Shown here piece by piece: positions 12,901-23,366 of a stretch of 64,000 bases of DNA; the stretch's first letter is position 1, and each line of letters starts with the position of its first letter. Source of the stretch: Amphiscolops sp. MND2022 (taxonomy: Eukaryota); assembly GCA_964187785.1 (NCBI GenBank), contig OZ076409.1:12278001-12342000 (forward strand), given 5' to 3'. The notes beneath the pieces are model-generated. The model saw only the letters and a program-made list of their open reading frames with translations. It was not told where the DNA came from and did no database searches. The position numbers and the translations under genes were made by a program.

Positions 12901-14603
12901 GCATGAGTGCCATGTCTCGCAAAGCATTTGTTCAGGATAATCTTTGCAGTCGTCTGTGCGTCATATTCATCGTGTGCACATGGGATTGCCTCTGCAAACT
13001 TGGTAAAATGGTCGATGATGACTAGCAATCCATTATTTCCTGACGTTGTCTTGCACAGTTTCAAATGGTCAAATTGCACTAGGTCATTAAAATTGCTGCT
13101 GTTAATACTCTGTAGGGGGTAACAGGGATTCCCAGCGGGATGTTTTGTCTGTTGGCACGTTAAGCAGTGCTTAATATGATTGACGACATCACGTTTGATG
13201 CCTGGCCAAGTGTGGCGCTCCTGGATTCTCGCCAACACTTTACCAACGCCTTGGTGTCCTGATTCATCATGTGCTCTGTACAAAATCTCGTGCTGGTACA
13301 GCTGGGGCATGACGATCATACACGGTCGTACGTGCATCGCGCGTTGCTGCGGAATGTAGTTGACACACAAAATGTCATTTTGGTTCAGGAACAGCAAATC
13401 TTTCTTCTGATGGAAGTACCGTTTGGCAAAGTCTTGCACATCCTCGGGGAACAAAGCGTCATCCAATGGCTCGTTCTTCATGAGCTTCTTCAGCGCTAGA
13501 AGGTGAACATCCCTGTTTTGAGCTAGATGTAAATCCTTTAATCCACGCATTGTCGACTGATGCTCGTGAAGCTCAGTCCCAACTAGCCTAAGGACATCAG
13601 CTTGTTCTTGACACTGCATTGGCAATCTACGCAACGCTGGGTCGCGTTTGGTGGTGTCAAGACGTGCCGCTGGCACTTTGGTTGTTACACTAAGGATACA
13701 ATTTGGTCTGTCGTTTTCGGTTGATGTCGGAGTGGTTTCCCATTGCACCTGTGGATACCACGGTATGGAGCTCGAAGACTGATCTGAGGCTAGATCCTCC
13801 TTTGGTGACTTCTTCAAAATGTACAGCACGGGGAATTGTGCTCGAGCTTCGGGCGGAAGCTCCGGATGGTTTCGGATGAATTTTCCGTGTTTGTCAATAT
13901 ATGGCACAGTGGGGAGTTCTTCGTAGTCTTTCTGGGACATGAAGCTGAATCCCTTACTCACTTCTGGTAGAGCTTCCACAATCTTTTCCCGATGCACGTA
14001 GTCATTGGTCCTTTTGCTAAGACCGTCTGCATTTCGGTGTTGCGTGCGTGGTCTGTGGATCGTCTTGAAGTGATATTGGTCGAGGCGCGCAATCCAGCGT
14101 CCAATCATGGCTTGATCCATTGAATATGTCTTTAGCCACGAGAGAGCCTGGTTGTCCACGCGCAGCGTGAATTCCCGACCTGCAAGGTAGGAATGAAACT
14201 TCTCGATGAAATAGAATACTGCATACATTTCCAGCTTCGGGGCACCATAATTCATTTGTGTTCGAGTCAGTGACTTGCTACCATAAACGATGGGACGAAG
14301 AATGGTCTTCCCATTGTACTCTTGTTCTTGGTGCAGTATGCCGGCTATAGCAACTGCACTGGCATCTGTGTCCAGAACAAAACGTCCTTCTTCGTTTGGC
14401 GCTGCCAAAGCTGTGACATCGGCTAATGCCTGTTTCACTGAATCAAACGCTTCTTGATGTTTTTCTTTCCAGTAGAAGTGTTGGTTCTTCCTTAACAACT
14501 CCTGCATAGGTTGCACCTTAGCGGCGTGAAAAGGAATGAAGTCTCGGTAGTAGTTCGCAAATCCGAGGAAGCTCTGAAGCTCTTCTTTATTTCTCGGGGG
14601 CAT
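9993..14603 (-). CDS. pol: Gypsy Pol C-terminal part: RT connection, RNase H, integrase, long extension with Cys cluster and two macrodomain-like modules
   Basis: RNase H LDTDAS/KLEMYAV/VDNQAL/NADGLS. Integrase HDESGH..CLTC, VQFDHL, MQSDNA, NGLVERQN and GPHKV. Separated from the upstream ORF by a single in-frame TAG (14604-14606, probable Trp codon). Confidence 0.93.
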   Translation of the reverse strand: MPPRNKEELQSFLGFANYYRDFIPFHAAKVQPMQELLRKNQHFYWKEKHQEAFDSVKQALADVTALAAPNEEGRFVLDTDASAVAIAGILHQEQEYNGKTILRPIVYGSKSLTRTQMNYGAPKLEMYAVFYFIEKFHSYLAGREFTLRVDNQALSWLKTYSMDQAMIGRWIARLDQYHFKTIHRPRTQHRNADGLSKRTNDYVHREKIVEALPEVSKGFSFMSQKDYEELPTVPYIDKHGKFIRNHPELPPEARAQFPVLYILKKSPKEDLASDQSSSSIPWYPQVQWETTPTSTENDRPNCILSVTTKVPAARLDTTKRDPALRRLPMQCQEQADVLRLVGTELHEHQSTMRGLKDLHLAQNRDVHLLALKKLMKNEPLDDALFPEDVQDFAKRYFHQKKDLLFLNQNDILCVNYIPQQRAMHVRPCMIVMPQLYQHEILYRAHDESGHQGVGKVLARIQERHTWPGIKRDVVNHIKHCLTCQQTKHPAGNPCYPLQSINSSNFNDLVQFDHLKLCKTTSGNNGLLVIIDHFTKFAEAIPCAHDEYDAQTTAKIILNKCFARHGTHARMQSDNATNFTAEIAQELMKASQVTKVTSTPAHPRGNGLVERQNRTLLTLLRVYTSRRMLDWDEHVDGVLGAYNSTRHATTGFSPYMLQHGAEKSIPLSFIYPEFAAREFESKEEFVEHLLARQQEIHELVRRNTHQAQVRQKQKFDRHLKAKAHAVGDAVWVFCHIIPKGGTRKLLRAWRGPHKVTDVLQDGRLYVLDTGQKVHFERLKKHVPAPWDWAAHQPFGLDQNVAIIADPYVEESNEEITSDISRDSFLPEQLPEASFEMEPTAPVPPRTIQTRAQSALERGIPRRRFSHFGYPSESESDREPMGQPIEEVQQPVVFPDIDDLEPLYSDQEVVLPEPAPSLIPSPSGTSAPLLSNPALTDTLSNFPLFSSRAGSSVRLELAEEAEPQEGTDREIQEPGQSMETLPSSGRTATRRGRPRGRPPGRRRGSTTPSSRTLTRAHRPYTRARGRVRARAQSQTLERAMTLPNIAESISPEQREAEQPTPSQAPPYQLRGNRAPRYRCGTCGSRNCSCVNLVEVRTPDKRLARGVDAPALDLADTEIFEDHIQHTIRSIHAKDQDVPQVHHVVISIEKTYSSIGPGVVPPLETTLKAMQGTPPSDCPTYRFKEWTWHDKSGLEFTLAAIIPPLPPSMVFGKIEPEDTKVAMVRCITAQKLWQQYGVTSPPGDVYHPTAGWWLLVTSLDETSPVNPGTLLICLENLRTLVEFEDTLCFHLADIYRGKFLSQHWLQLLAITFCRQAKIRLLDKHTYTFENPVTVLEALSVVHDWSCTNLGDRPLRRTVWQDRKAILDHLKPSQDNQSTVTGKLLTTHPKVKPNYLPWISYDETDILQARGTVVICCPADLLSYSAMARYVIREYGQEEIFKLRPAVGKAIHLAKSPDAPWNNDMFLLFTRASNKHPTLHDVLHLCLTDLVQKLAQAQIARVHLPIYDPERSINILPTWYSMLRDHFIDSDVDIVLHDRV

Positions 14604-17294
14604 CTATTCTTTGATTTTGCTAACAGCAGCCGGGTCTGGTTTTATGCCTTCGGCTGAGACTACTCTTCCGAGGTATTTGGTTTCGGTGCGCATAAAATCA
14701 CACTTCTCGGCTCGCATCTTGAAACCTGCCTCTCTGAGACATTCGAACACTTCTCTGATCCTCTCCAAGTGATCTTCAATAGTTTCGGTGGCAATTACTA
14801 TGTCGTCAATGTATGCCATGACAACACTTCCATGGCGTTGTTGAATCTTCTGAAGAGCTCTGGTGATCGATCGCTGAAATGTGGCCGATGCATTGCATAG
14901 CCCAAAGGGCATGCGCCGCCATTCGAACAGGCCAAGTTCACACGCAAACGCGGTTTTTCTGCGATCACGTTTCTTCAGTGGAATCTGCCAAAAGGCCCAC
15001 GCTAAGTCGATACTGGTGAAGATTTTCGCGTTTGCTATCCTTGAGAGGCTTTCATCTATTCTGGGCAATGGAAACGCATCTTTCACCGTTACATCGTTTA
15101 GCGGGCGGAAGTCACAGCAAAAGCGAAGCTCGCCTGATTTCTTTTTCACCATGACAATCCCACTAGCCCACGGCGAGTAAGAGGGTTGTATCAGACCAAG
15201 GGCCAGCAAATTGTGCACTTCTTGGTTTGCTTTGGCTGCTTTGTCGGGAGACATGCGCCTTGCCCCTTCTCTGTGTGGTATTGCCTGCGGCTCTAGCTCT
15301 ATGCGATGTTTTGCAATTCTGCATCGTCCTATGTCGGATTTATTTTTCATGAACAGGTCATCGTATTCACTCAAAACGCTCGCTAATTTGTCTCTCGCCT
15401 CTTCAGCCCATGAAGAAAGGACGGAAGAGAGATCAGGGCCTGGGATTGGCTTCAGCAATTGTGGATCTGTCCTTCTGCGTTTTTCATTTTCCGATAGTCC
15501 AATCTCTGATGGCTCAGTTGAAGACAAGAAGTTCTGTGCAAAGGAACTAAACTCTGAACTCGTGTCCAAATCTAAGTCTCTGTGCACTTGATTCACAAAT
15601 TCCGCTGAAAGCTTCGAAGCTTCACGACTGTCTTGAATGGGTACGGAGTTGAACACAAAGGTGGTGAGCACCGCTTTCCCAATTACGGTTTGTTCCTTGA
15701 TTCTTACCCCTTCTTTAGCAGTTTGGTTTTTTAGGGCTAAGAAAACTACACCGTCTTCTCCCACGGAGGTTAGTGTATCTTCAGAAACAAATACTGCATT
15801 GGACTTAACATTACACGGGTTCACCATTACATTTCGGAAATGAAACACGTTAGGTTGCTGCGTTATGATCTTCGCGCGCACAACTTTTCGTTCGAAAGGC
15901 CCTAAAGTAACCTCCTCGGCAGAAACAACGAATGATGGCTCTTGGTCACTGACCTCGTGAACTGCTTTGAAGATCCTAGGCGTTTCCGGGTCACGGATGG
16001 TTACTTTCATGGCTGCCAGGTCCACCAACACGTTGTATGTGCGCAAGAAGTTTCGGCCCAAGAGAAAGTCCTCTGAACCAATGTGGTCGGCTATGACTAC
16101 GAAATTGGTCTTCAGCGTATGTCCGCCGAGCTGAAAGCTTACATCCTCGGCTATGCCAACGGTGGTGATGCTTTTGCCATTGGCAGCGAAAAGTTCAATG
16201 TCACATGGTGATAGACTCAGCTCATGCTGGGAAGCGATTTTCTTGTACGCGCTCAATGAGAGGATGGAGACTCCCGAACCGGTGTCTATCATGCCGAAGA
16301 GTGGTATCGGCTTTTGCAAAGGAGTTCCGAATGCTACCATTAGTGAGGCTCGCTCATCAATCTGGGCCTCTCCATGTGCATCCTGCATTCCGATGTTATA
16401 ACAGCGCAGTTCTTGCCTGCCCAAGTACAGTCCCTGCGGAAAGTGTCCTTCCAGGACAACAATCGCGTCGAATTTCATGTCGACACCATCAACCGTGATT
16501 GCCATGGGGACTGGCGCGATGGTTTTGACCTTGTGTATTTGGGCTAGCTTGGTCTCGTTATCTCTAGTAAAATGCGGTAAGGGTCTCGAAGCTATCGTGA
16601 GACTGGTATTGCGGCAAAGTTCCTCTTTTAGTTGTTCCAACGTGAGGTTTGGACGTGCTTTTTGTTCTGCTGATAATAGCAAGTGGATAGAAATTAAAGT
16701 CCCAGTACAATCAGGTGCTGGGGCTTCAAGCGTCGTCAAGATTTGTTTTTCACCGCAGGTCACAACCACAGGACGTGAGGGGCCTCCTTCTTCTGAAATT
16801 GAGATCACCCGTATTTGATCATCAGTATCAACAATGTCCGCGGAATTCGCGAAAGGGGCGTACCACGCCCCTTTCACTTGTTCTTCTGTTGCTGCATTCC
16901 CAGGCACCATGCATTCGGATGCAGTGTTGCCCGTGCAATCAAAAGTGACGCGTAGTGTGGGCGGTGCTTGTGCTGGTAGTGCCGCAAGCACAACGTCGTT
17001 ATTCATGCCCTGAGAGTTAGAAGGACAAGACCATTCACCAGCTGGGTTTGTTCGACATGAAGTAACTAGTTGAGGCACTGGTTTGCGTGCGCGATCTTTC
17101 AAAGTGCAATCGGCAACAAAATGTGACGGGTCGCCACAATTGACACACGCTCTAGATGGCTTCGGTGGTTGCTGTCGAACAGCCACTGGCTGTGGAGGTA
17201 GCTGCCCATTAGGCGCTTGAGGAGCCGCTGCCAGTATCGGGTTTTGTTGTCTTGCAAGTAAAGGCTGTTGCTGTTGCTGAGGCGCTGGATAGTT
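14604..17294 (-). CDS. pol: Gypsy Gag C-terminus/Pol N-terminal part: CCHC knuckle, protease(s), dUTPase-like segment, RT
   Basis: CVNCGDPSHFVADC; MIDTGSGVS and FLLGRNFL (retropepsin); SPWASGIVMV, RFCCDFRPLN, IDLAWAFWQI, MPFGLCNA and YIDD (RT). Confidence 0.93.
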   Translation of the reverse strand, partial: NYPAPQQQQQPLLARQQNPILAAAPQAPNGQLPPQPVAVRQQPPKPSRACVNCGDPSHFVADCTLKDRARKPVPQLVTSCRTNPAGEWSCPSNSQGMNNDVVLAALPAQAPPTLRVTFDCTGNTASECMVPGNAATEEQVKGAWYAPFANSADIVDTDDQIRVISISEEGGPSRPVVVTCGEKQILTTLEAPAPDCTGTLISIHLLLSAEQKARPNLTLEQLKEELCRNTSLTIASRPLPHFTRDNETKLAQIHKVKTIAPVPMAITVDGVDMKFDAIVVLEGHFPQGLYLGRQELRCYNIGMQDAHGEAQIDERASLMVAFGTPLQKPIPLFGMIDTGSGVSILSLSAYKKIASQHELSLSPCDIELFAANGKSITTVGIAEDVSFQLGGHTLKTNFVVIADHIGSEDFLLGRNFLRTYNVLVDLAAMKVTIRDPETPRIFKAVHEVSDQEPSFVVSAEEVTLGPFERKVVRAKIITQQPNVFHFRNVMVNPCNVKSNAVFVSEDTLTSVGEDGVVFLALKNQTAKEGVRIKEQTVIGKAVLTTFVFNSVPIQDSREASKLSAEFVNQVHRDLDLDTSSEFSSFAQNFLSSTEPSEIGLSENEKRRRTDPQLLKPIPGPDLSSVLSSWAEEARDKLASVLSEYDDLFMKNKSDIGRCRIAKHRIELEPQAIPHREGARRMSPDKAAKANQEVHNLLALGLIQPSYSPWASGIVMVKKKSGELRFCCDFRPLNDVTVKDAFPLPRIDESLSRIANAKIFTSIDLAWAFWQIPLKKRDRRKTAFACELGLFEWRRMPFGLCNASATFQRSITRALQKIQQRHGSVVMAYIDDIVIATETIEDHLERIREVFECLREAGFKMRAEKCDFMRTETKYLGRVVSAEGIKPDPAAVSKIKE

Positions 17295-17297
17295 CTA

Positions 17298-19274
17298 CTA
17301 GCGGATAGGGCCGCGCATGTGCAAGTATTGTTGTACCGTGAACCGTAGTGCTTCCACTGTTGGAGGAGTATCCACGTACTGTTCTTGTGCGTACAGGAGA
17401 TTTCGCTTCAACTCAAAGCTGCGTACCCCTTCGATGAACCTCTGCATGATTTCGTAGCGCCTTACAGTAACTTCTTCGTTAGGAAAACCTTGGCTGCGCA
17501 AACCTTCAAGAGCGTCAAGATACTGCATGTGGTCTTCGTCGTCGGACTGATTGCGTGTACGGAACTGCTGTTGTATTTGGAACTTGCTAGATCCCGTTCC
17601 AAATCGACGCGCTAGTAGCGCAATGACTTTTTCATCCGTGTCGCGCTCAGCCTCGGACTTGTTCGTAATATAGTCTCGTGCCTCATTCTCTAGGAATTCA
17701 ACGATGGTCCATGCTCTGTCCAGTTGAGTATCCTTTGCGTGTGCTTTCTCCAAATAACGTTTCATGAGCATTAGCCAACCATCTATTATCCCGTCGCGCG
17801 CACCGCGGTATTTCGTTGGTATATTCTTGGCTTCTTTTGCTGCTAGCAATGGTTCCAAACTTTTGGACATCGCGCTTGTTATTGCTTCGGCTAACGCTTG
17901 TCCATGTATGGTGTTCGGTGTATTGCCTTTTGCAGCCTCTTCTACTGTTTCTGGATTCAAATTTCTTTGATCGCACTTCGTCCCACTCTGGCACTGAAAT
18001 ACTTCTCTATTGGTGGGTTGCTGAATTGAAGATTCATTAGTGGATGGTACGTTCGCAGGGTTTAGTGCCACCGGCACAGGTGAAGGACGACTTGGTACCG
18101 TCGCCATTACAGCTTTTACACCTAGGGTTAAATCTTGAACTGTAGTCATGAGGTCCACCATGCGCTTGTCGACATCTATTTCTCTGCGATGCATCGTTTC
18201 GGACATGAGCGTCAGTCTTTCATCGGCTTGTTGATCTCTTTGCGCCATTATCGCCGTCATTTCCGATATGCGCTGTTCAGTTAGACCCTTGACTGATGCC
18301 ATTGTCGTTTCCATTTTGTCCTGATTGATGCGCCCTTCCGTCTTCATTTCAAGCACTCCTCTTCTCAGTTCCTCCACTTCTTTCATCAAAACTTCAGCTC
18401 GCTGAGCATGGTCACTATTCTCTTGGGATAGTTCTGCCTGGACTTGTTTCAACTGTGCCATGCTCCGTCCCAAGTCTTCGTTTATGGCTTCAGTTTCCTT
18501 GATGCCTCTAGTAATGGTAGAACTTGAAGATGCAACGCTACCTGAGCCTGAATCTTGGGGAGTTGCCGTGCATTCTAGTCGGAAGGTGCTAAGATCTAGC
18601 AGAGGTGGTGTGGTAAAGGTATAGTTCTGGTTCACCTCTTTTGCAGTCTCCCGCTTTCCCAGCTGGTTTCCTGGAGGAGTACTTGCGGTGTCAGCAACAG
18701 CGTTCCTACTAGCAGCAAACAAAGGAACTCCGGAACCCAGCGGGTCCACATCCAGACTCACTTGTGGTGTAATCTCTCCAAAGGCCGTGCCTGCATTCAT
18801 GTTCTCTACCCATTTGCTAATGTCCGAGCTAGTAGCTTGTTCTACATTCGAATTTGGCCAATCTGCCCAGGCAATCGCAGAGTTATTCACGGGAGGCCAG
18901 ACGCTGCCACAGTTCATGGCAGTGCCATTTACAAAGTAAGCGCTATCCGAAGATGCTCGAGAGGAGTTTAGTTGGCTGATGTATGCCATTTGCGAGTTTT
19001 GCTCGGCATTTGACATGTTATTTGACATGACGTCGTACAAAAACATGTTTGCAATCATGTCATCCGCTGCTATCTCAGCACGTGCACTAAGCCCAGACAA
19101 CTCCTCTACCTCGCTTGCAAATGGATTCGTAACATGGAAGCTACTAGACTGCCTATTCGATTCATTCAAAGACTTCAGATGCTCAATCTCGCCTGAGTTC
19201 ATGCTCGATGGACTGCTCGGACTACTGTTTCCTCTGGTAACCCAGCTTTTGAACAGGGCTTTGGCTTTTCTCAT
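17298..19274 (-). CDS. gag: Gypsy Gag (coiled coil + capsid-like domain)
   Basis: 658-aa ORF. KYRGARDGIIDGWL..FLENEARDY..LARRFG..QQQFRTRNQSDDEDHMQYLDALEGL is retrotransposon Gag-like. In frame with pol but followed by TAG TAG. Confidence 0.88.
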   Translation of the reverse strand: MRKAKALFKSWVTRGNSSPSSPSSMNSGEIEHLKSLNESNRQSSSFHVTNPFASEVEELSGLSARAEIAADDMIANMFLYDVMSNNMSNAEQNSQMAYISQLNSSRASSDSAYFVNGTAMNCGSVWPPVNNSAIAWADWPNSNVEQATSSDISKWVENMNAGTAFGEITPQVSLDVDPLGSGVPLFAASRNAVADTASTPPGNQLGKRETAKEVNQNYTFTTPPLLDLSTFRLECTATPQDSGSGSVASSSSTITRGIKETEAINEDLGRSMAQLKQVQAELSQENSDHAQRAEVLMKEVEELRRGVLEMKTEGRINQDKMETTMASVKGLTEQRISEMTAIMAQRDQQADERLTLMSETMHRREIDVDKRMVDLMTTVQDLTLGVKAVMATVPSRPSPVPVALNPANVPSTNESSIQQPTNREVFQCQSGTKCDQRNLNPETVEEAAKGNTPNTIHGQALAEAITSAMSKSLEPLLAAKEAKNIPTKYRGARDGIIDGWLMLMKRYLEKAHAKDTQLDRAWTIVEFLENEARDYITNKSEAERDTDEKVIALLARRFGTGSSKFQIQQQFRTRNQSDDEDHMQYLDALEGLRSQGFPNEEVTVRRYEIMQRFIEGVRSFELKRNLLYAQEQYVDTPPTVEALRFTVQQYLHMRGPIR

Positions 19275-21480
19275 TACTCACTTCTTGCTTCTTTGTGTAA
19301 AGTCAAATACAAGGCAAACAAGATTTGGGAGTTTTGACGTACTCCTTCACTATTAAGCAAATTAAACTATGGGACCACTACGTTCTGGGGCTTGCAGCTC
19401 GCAATTGCCTGCTATGTTCTAAGTCAAATGAAGCTGGCTTACAAACTACAGTCTCCAGATTACATGTACTGGTGCTAATCACCACTAATCAGAACAGAAA
19501 TGTTTGCTACCCCACTAACTGGAGATAGTTTTCCTACGAAAAGTTAAAGATGAGTTTTTTTAATTTTTTTTTGAAGTACTTTAGAGGTTACTCACACTAA
19601 ACTACGCTTTACCCAGCCACAGGCTATGCGGTTGGAATGAACAGAAAGGTTTTGGCACGCTAACAGAGCTTTATGGAGATTTATTCAAGAAATCTCCGCA
19701 CTTTATTCTGTGAGCGCACTCTATGTTACTCGCACTGCCCTTTATGAGGAGAGCACAAGTAGGGTTACTACAAATAGGGAACTCGGGGATAGACCTTGGG
19801 GGTGAGTAGGTGCTAAGAGACTAACAAACAAGAGAGTTTTACTAATCTGATGATTACAAGATCAATGGAGACACGGTTCTTCACACTTTCAGATGCTACT
19901 GTACTTAATGTACTTTGGCGAGACGCAGCGCGTCCTAAGTCTAAGTCTCGTGGGAAACTCCTAAATGCGTTCTGATTCTTACACTATGCTTCGCATTCGA
20001 AGTATGCGTGGCTACAACTGTCAGTTCGCACTTAGGTGACTCTGGTGGCTGTTAACAGAGAAAACACGATTTTGGTGTTTTTCGCTTCTACGTCTCGTTG
20101 ACAATCTTTCCACGAACCCAAGATCTTAGGGTTGAGCTAGCTCTATATTGATTGCCTCAACAAGACGTGCTATGGGTGCCTGGTGTAGAACTAGGGTCGT
20201 TGGAGCACTCACGTGCGACTATACCTACGAAAAATACGTAATTTTTCGCAAAATTTCTCAAAATCAGCAACTTTTTCGCCAATATGCACGCCTGGAACAG
20301 GTGGAAATCACTTCTAGAGCTAGTAGCGACCTGAAAATTTAACACGGTATACTACTGTGGCCAAATCGTGGGAAAATCACCATCGATTGCGCTAAAATTA
20401 ATTGCACGTGACTTGGGGTCGTTCAACAATGTTATTGCAAAATTTTACAATGTTGTGAAATTCACACAAGTCTGTCAAACTCGCCTTCTAGGCTTCCTAG
20501 CTACCTGAAATTTTGTATGCGAGCGTGAATTATGCCCACGTAACAGAAAAATAAGTTAGCAGGGTGCCCAGGTCAATATTCCGCAATCCGAGTCGACAAA
20601 ACTATGATGTACCCTGTATGTCACTCTCAGGGGTTAAAATTCACAAAATTGTCAATTTCTCTAAGTTGGGCAGTAGCAAGCTGCTCAAAATGCACAAATC
20701 GTCGGAATCGAGTGCCGTATGCACGAAAATGCAAGAATTTTAGTGCTGGGATACCTGCAAGGTATTGCACTATGCTCAACTAAAATTCAATTTTTTCGAC
20801 ATTTCCATACGGTTTTTGAGCAAAACTGCGGCTAAGATTTCTCAATCACTAGTAATGGTAGCGCTACGAAAATTACACCACTAACGTAACTTTTTGCGGT
20901 CTACACGATGGTGCAATCCGTTTTGGGCTACTCCTGCTAGGAGAGATTTCGACCTGTCTTGGGTACACTACTCCAGTGTTCCGAAAATGTCGCAAAAATA
21001 ACACGTTTTTGGCTATTTCTCGGCAACTACAGGTTGGAATCACTCGCGGTTTTCTGCGTTTGCAACGTTATGCTTTATACTAACAGAAAATAGGCAAGCG
21101 AAACCTGGCAAGTTCCAAATAAGGTCTCTCAAAATAAACTTCAAGTTACACCTCTGACACTCTGGGAACAATGTGAAAAGTACGTATTTTCCCTAGGAAC
21201 TTTTTATTTCTTGGTTCCCAGATGTTCGGGATAGTTCTAAACGTAACGTAATAAGGTGTAATAACTTTATTCACGGGACTGGGGTTGTTTCAATTATTAG
21301 TTTTGATGTTATAACTCTCAGGTCTATGGGGTCCTCTAGTCAGGTCTATGTATAACAAAAGAAAGTAAAGGGTTAAACTATCAATTTATATTGGGGAAGG
21401 GTGAAAAACGTCTTGGCAGTAGTGTTTTGTACCACCAAGCTCGGGAACAGTGTTTTTGAGCAGCTCTGAAAGCTTTGGAA

Positions 21481-22050
21481 CAAACGCTCAAGGCTTCGCC
21501 CTCACCACATTTGGTCTGTTAGGCCAATTTTGGGTCTTCACAAACAAAAATCGCTAATTTTTTTGTTTTCAAGTAAATTAGCGGGTTAAAAAATTTTGTT
21601 CCTAGCCTGATAGGTCTAGTGGAACGTTTTTCTTGTATTGCCACTGGCCGTACCCTCTTCTGAAAAATTTTGGCTTTTGTAACTAATGATGACCGATAAA
21701 TGGCTATTGTATTAAAATGAAAATTGGCTGGTAACTTATTCAATATTTCGTTGGAGGGCCTCAAAAAACTGTTTGACGATAACGTTTTCTGATATCTGGC
21801 TCGGGAAAAAGAATTTTAGGTGGCTCGCAATGCTCTGAGAAAAACGAACAGGGCTTCGCCCTCACCAAATTTCGTCTCAAAGTCCAAATTTGACGATTTC
21901 AAACAAAAATCGCCAAATTTTTTGATGTTTTTGGTAATTTAGCTAAACAAATCGTTCTGTTCCTGACCTGACAGGTCTGATAGAACGTTTTTATTGTATT
22001 CCCATTGGTCGTACTATCTTCTGAAAAATTTCGACTTTTAAAAGTAACCA
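21481..22050. repeat. Diverged ~360-bp-period duplication in the Gypsy 5' leader
   Basis: GGCTTCGCCCTCACCA..AAACAAAAATCGC..GGTCT..GAACGTTTT..GTAC..TCTTCTGAAAAATTT recurs at ~21492 and ~21852. Confidence 0.75.
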
Positions 22051-22621
22051 AATCGAAATTAGAGCTATATAGGGTGTTATGGCTAGCTCGCTATATTTTT
22101 TCAGAAAACAATCGGAATACCCAGTGGGTATTTTTCTCAGTTCTTACTAATGGGAGTACGCTTGGGAATAGGCTTTTAAAGCCACAAAAACAAAAAAGGA
22201 GATTGTAACCCAGCCGATTCGTAGTGGTCCACCAGTGGGTCAAGAGGGTGTTGCCGTGAAGGACGTCCCACCGTCGTCACAGCTAGTGGAGGCGCTCACA
22301 TCACGTCCCTGCAGTCCCAATACATTACAACTAAGCTGAAATGAGACTACAAAACCCTTTAAAACAGAATCCGGTTAAGCCGGATGGTTAATCTCGGTAA
22401 GCAGAAACGGTGTCAAAACGGTACTTTGCCGTAAATCAGTTATTTCTCTTTCCAGACCCCGGAAACATGCAGGAAACGCAGGAATTCAGCTAGAAGAAAA
22501 CCTAAAAGGTTTGATTAAGGCAATAAAAAAAATCTAGGACTCTCCAAAATGTTTTCCTAGATCTGGACCCTTCGGGGCCGGAAAGCAGAAGTTGCTCCTA
22601 CGTGTACGCAATATGAAAAAT

Positions 22622-22639
22622 ATCCCTTGTGGGGCGCCA
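22622..22639 (-). promoter_or_regulatory. Primer-binding-site-like sequence (tRNA-Lys-like)
   Basis: TGGCGCCCCACAAGGGAT, similar to the Lys-type PBS TGGCGCCCGAACAGGGAC, but 16 nt inside the 5' LTR edge. Confidence 0.65.
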
Positions 22640-22655
22640 TAAAAACTATCCTAGA

Positions 22656-23366
22656 TGTAACGTCAAGCTAACAGCTACATTCCAGAACCGGGACAATGCC
22701 CAGGTTGCCTTAACAAGAGACCAGTGTCTTACAACAACCTAAACATTAGTTTTTGGTCCCAAATGGTCTCTGTAGGGACTTTTCCAAGACGCCGAGGAGA
22801 CTCCTCATATTAGAGCTCCGTGGCGACGTGCCGGCACACTCAAAGTCCGGACACGTCCCACAAGCACGTAAAAACGGTCCTAAAGGCTTCCTGCGATCCT
22901 ACATACCTCCGAGGTCTGAAAACAGGGGTTTAGTCAGAGCACATCTCAATTAAATGAATAACGTCTAAAATCAACACCTTCCAGGTTTACCATTAACAAA
23001 CACCTGAAAATCTGCCAAAATACTACAAAACAGCACTGGGGAGGCATTCTGAACAGTTCTCAGCGAGTTTTGAGCTTTGGGTTCAACTCACGCAAAAATC
23101 GCACCTTCTTCTTCATCTCTTTTCCGGCTCATTCTTGCGATTTTCCGGTTTTGATGGCACAACACTGGGGTATTGGCTAGTTTCTGCTTCTGAATATCTT
23201 CTTTCGCTGCTTTTCGGTCTTCTCTGTGGTCTGGGGGGGTCTTTTTGCGTTGTGTGTGCTTCCTTTTCGATTTCAACGACCTGCTAGGTCGGCCATTTTG
23301 ATTCGCACACTTTTTGGGTATTCTTCGAATTTTTGAAATTTTTGACCTTGACTGGTGGACGTTACA
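22656..23366 (-). repeat. 5' LTR (711 bp)
   Basis: Direct repeat of 7984-8694 (offset 14672) with TG...CA ends. Confidence 0.97.

Larger units (their letters stand above)
7984..23366 (-). mobile_element. Ty3/Gypsy LTR retrotransposon, 15,383 bp, recent but coding-defective
   Basis: Two 711-bp LTRs and domain order Gag-CCHC-PR-RT-RH-IN. PPT and PBS-like sites are present. CCA flanks both sides (only a 3-bp exact duplication). Confidence 0.97.

Noticed and set aside
17295..17300. Programmed gag-pol stop readthrough site
   Set aside because: Two consecutive TAG codons located upstream of the Gag zinc knuckle; more consistent with mutation.
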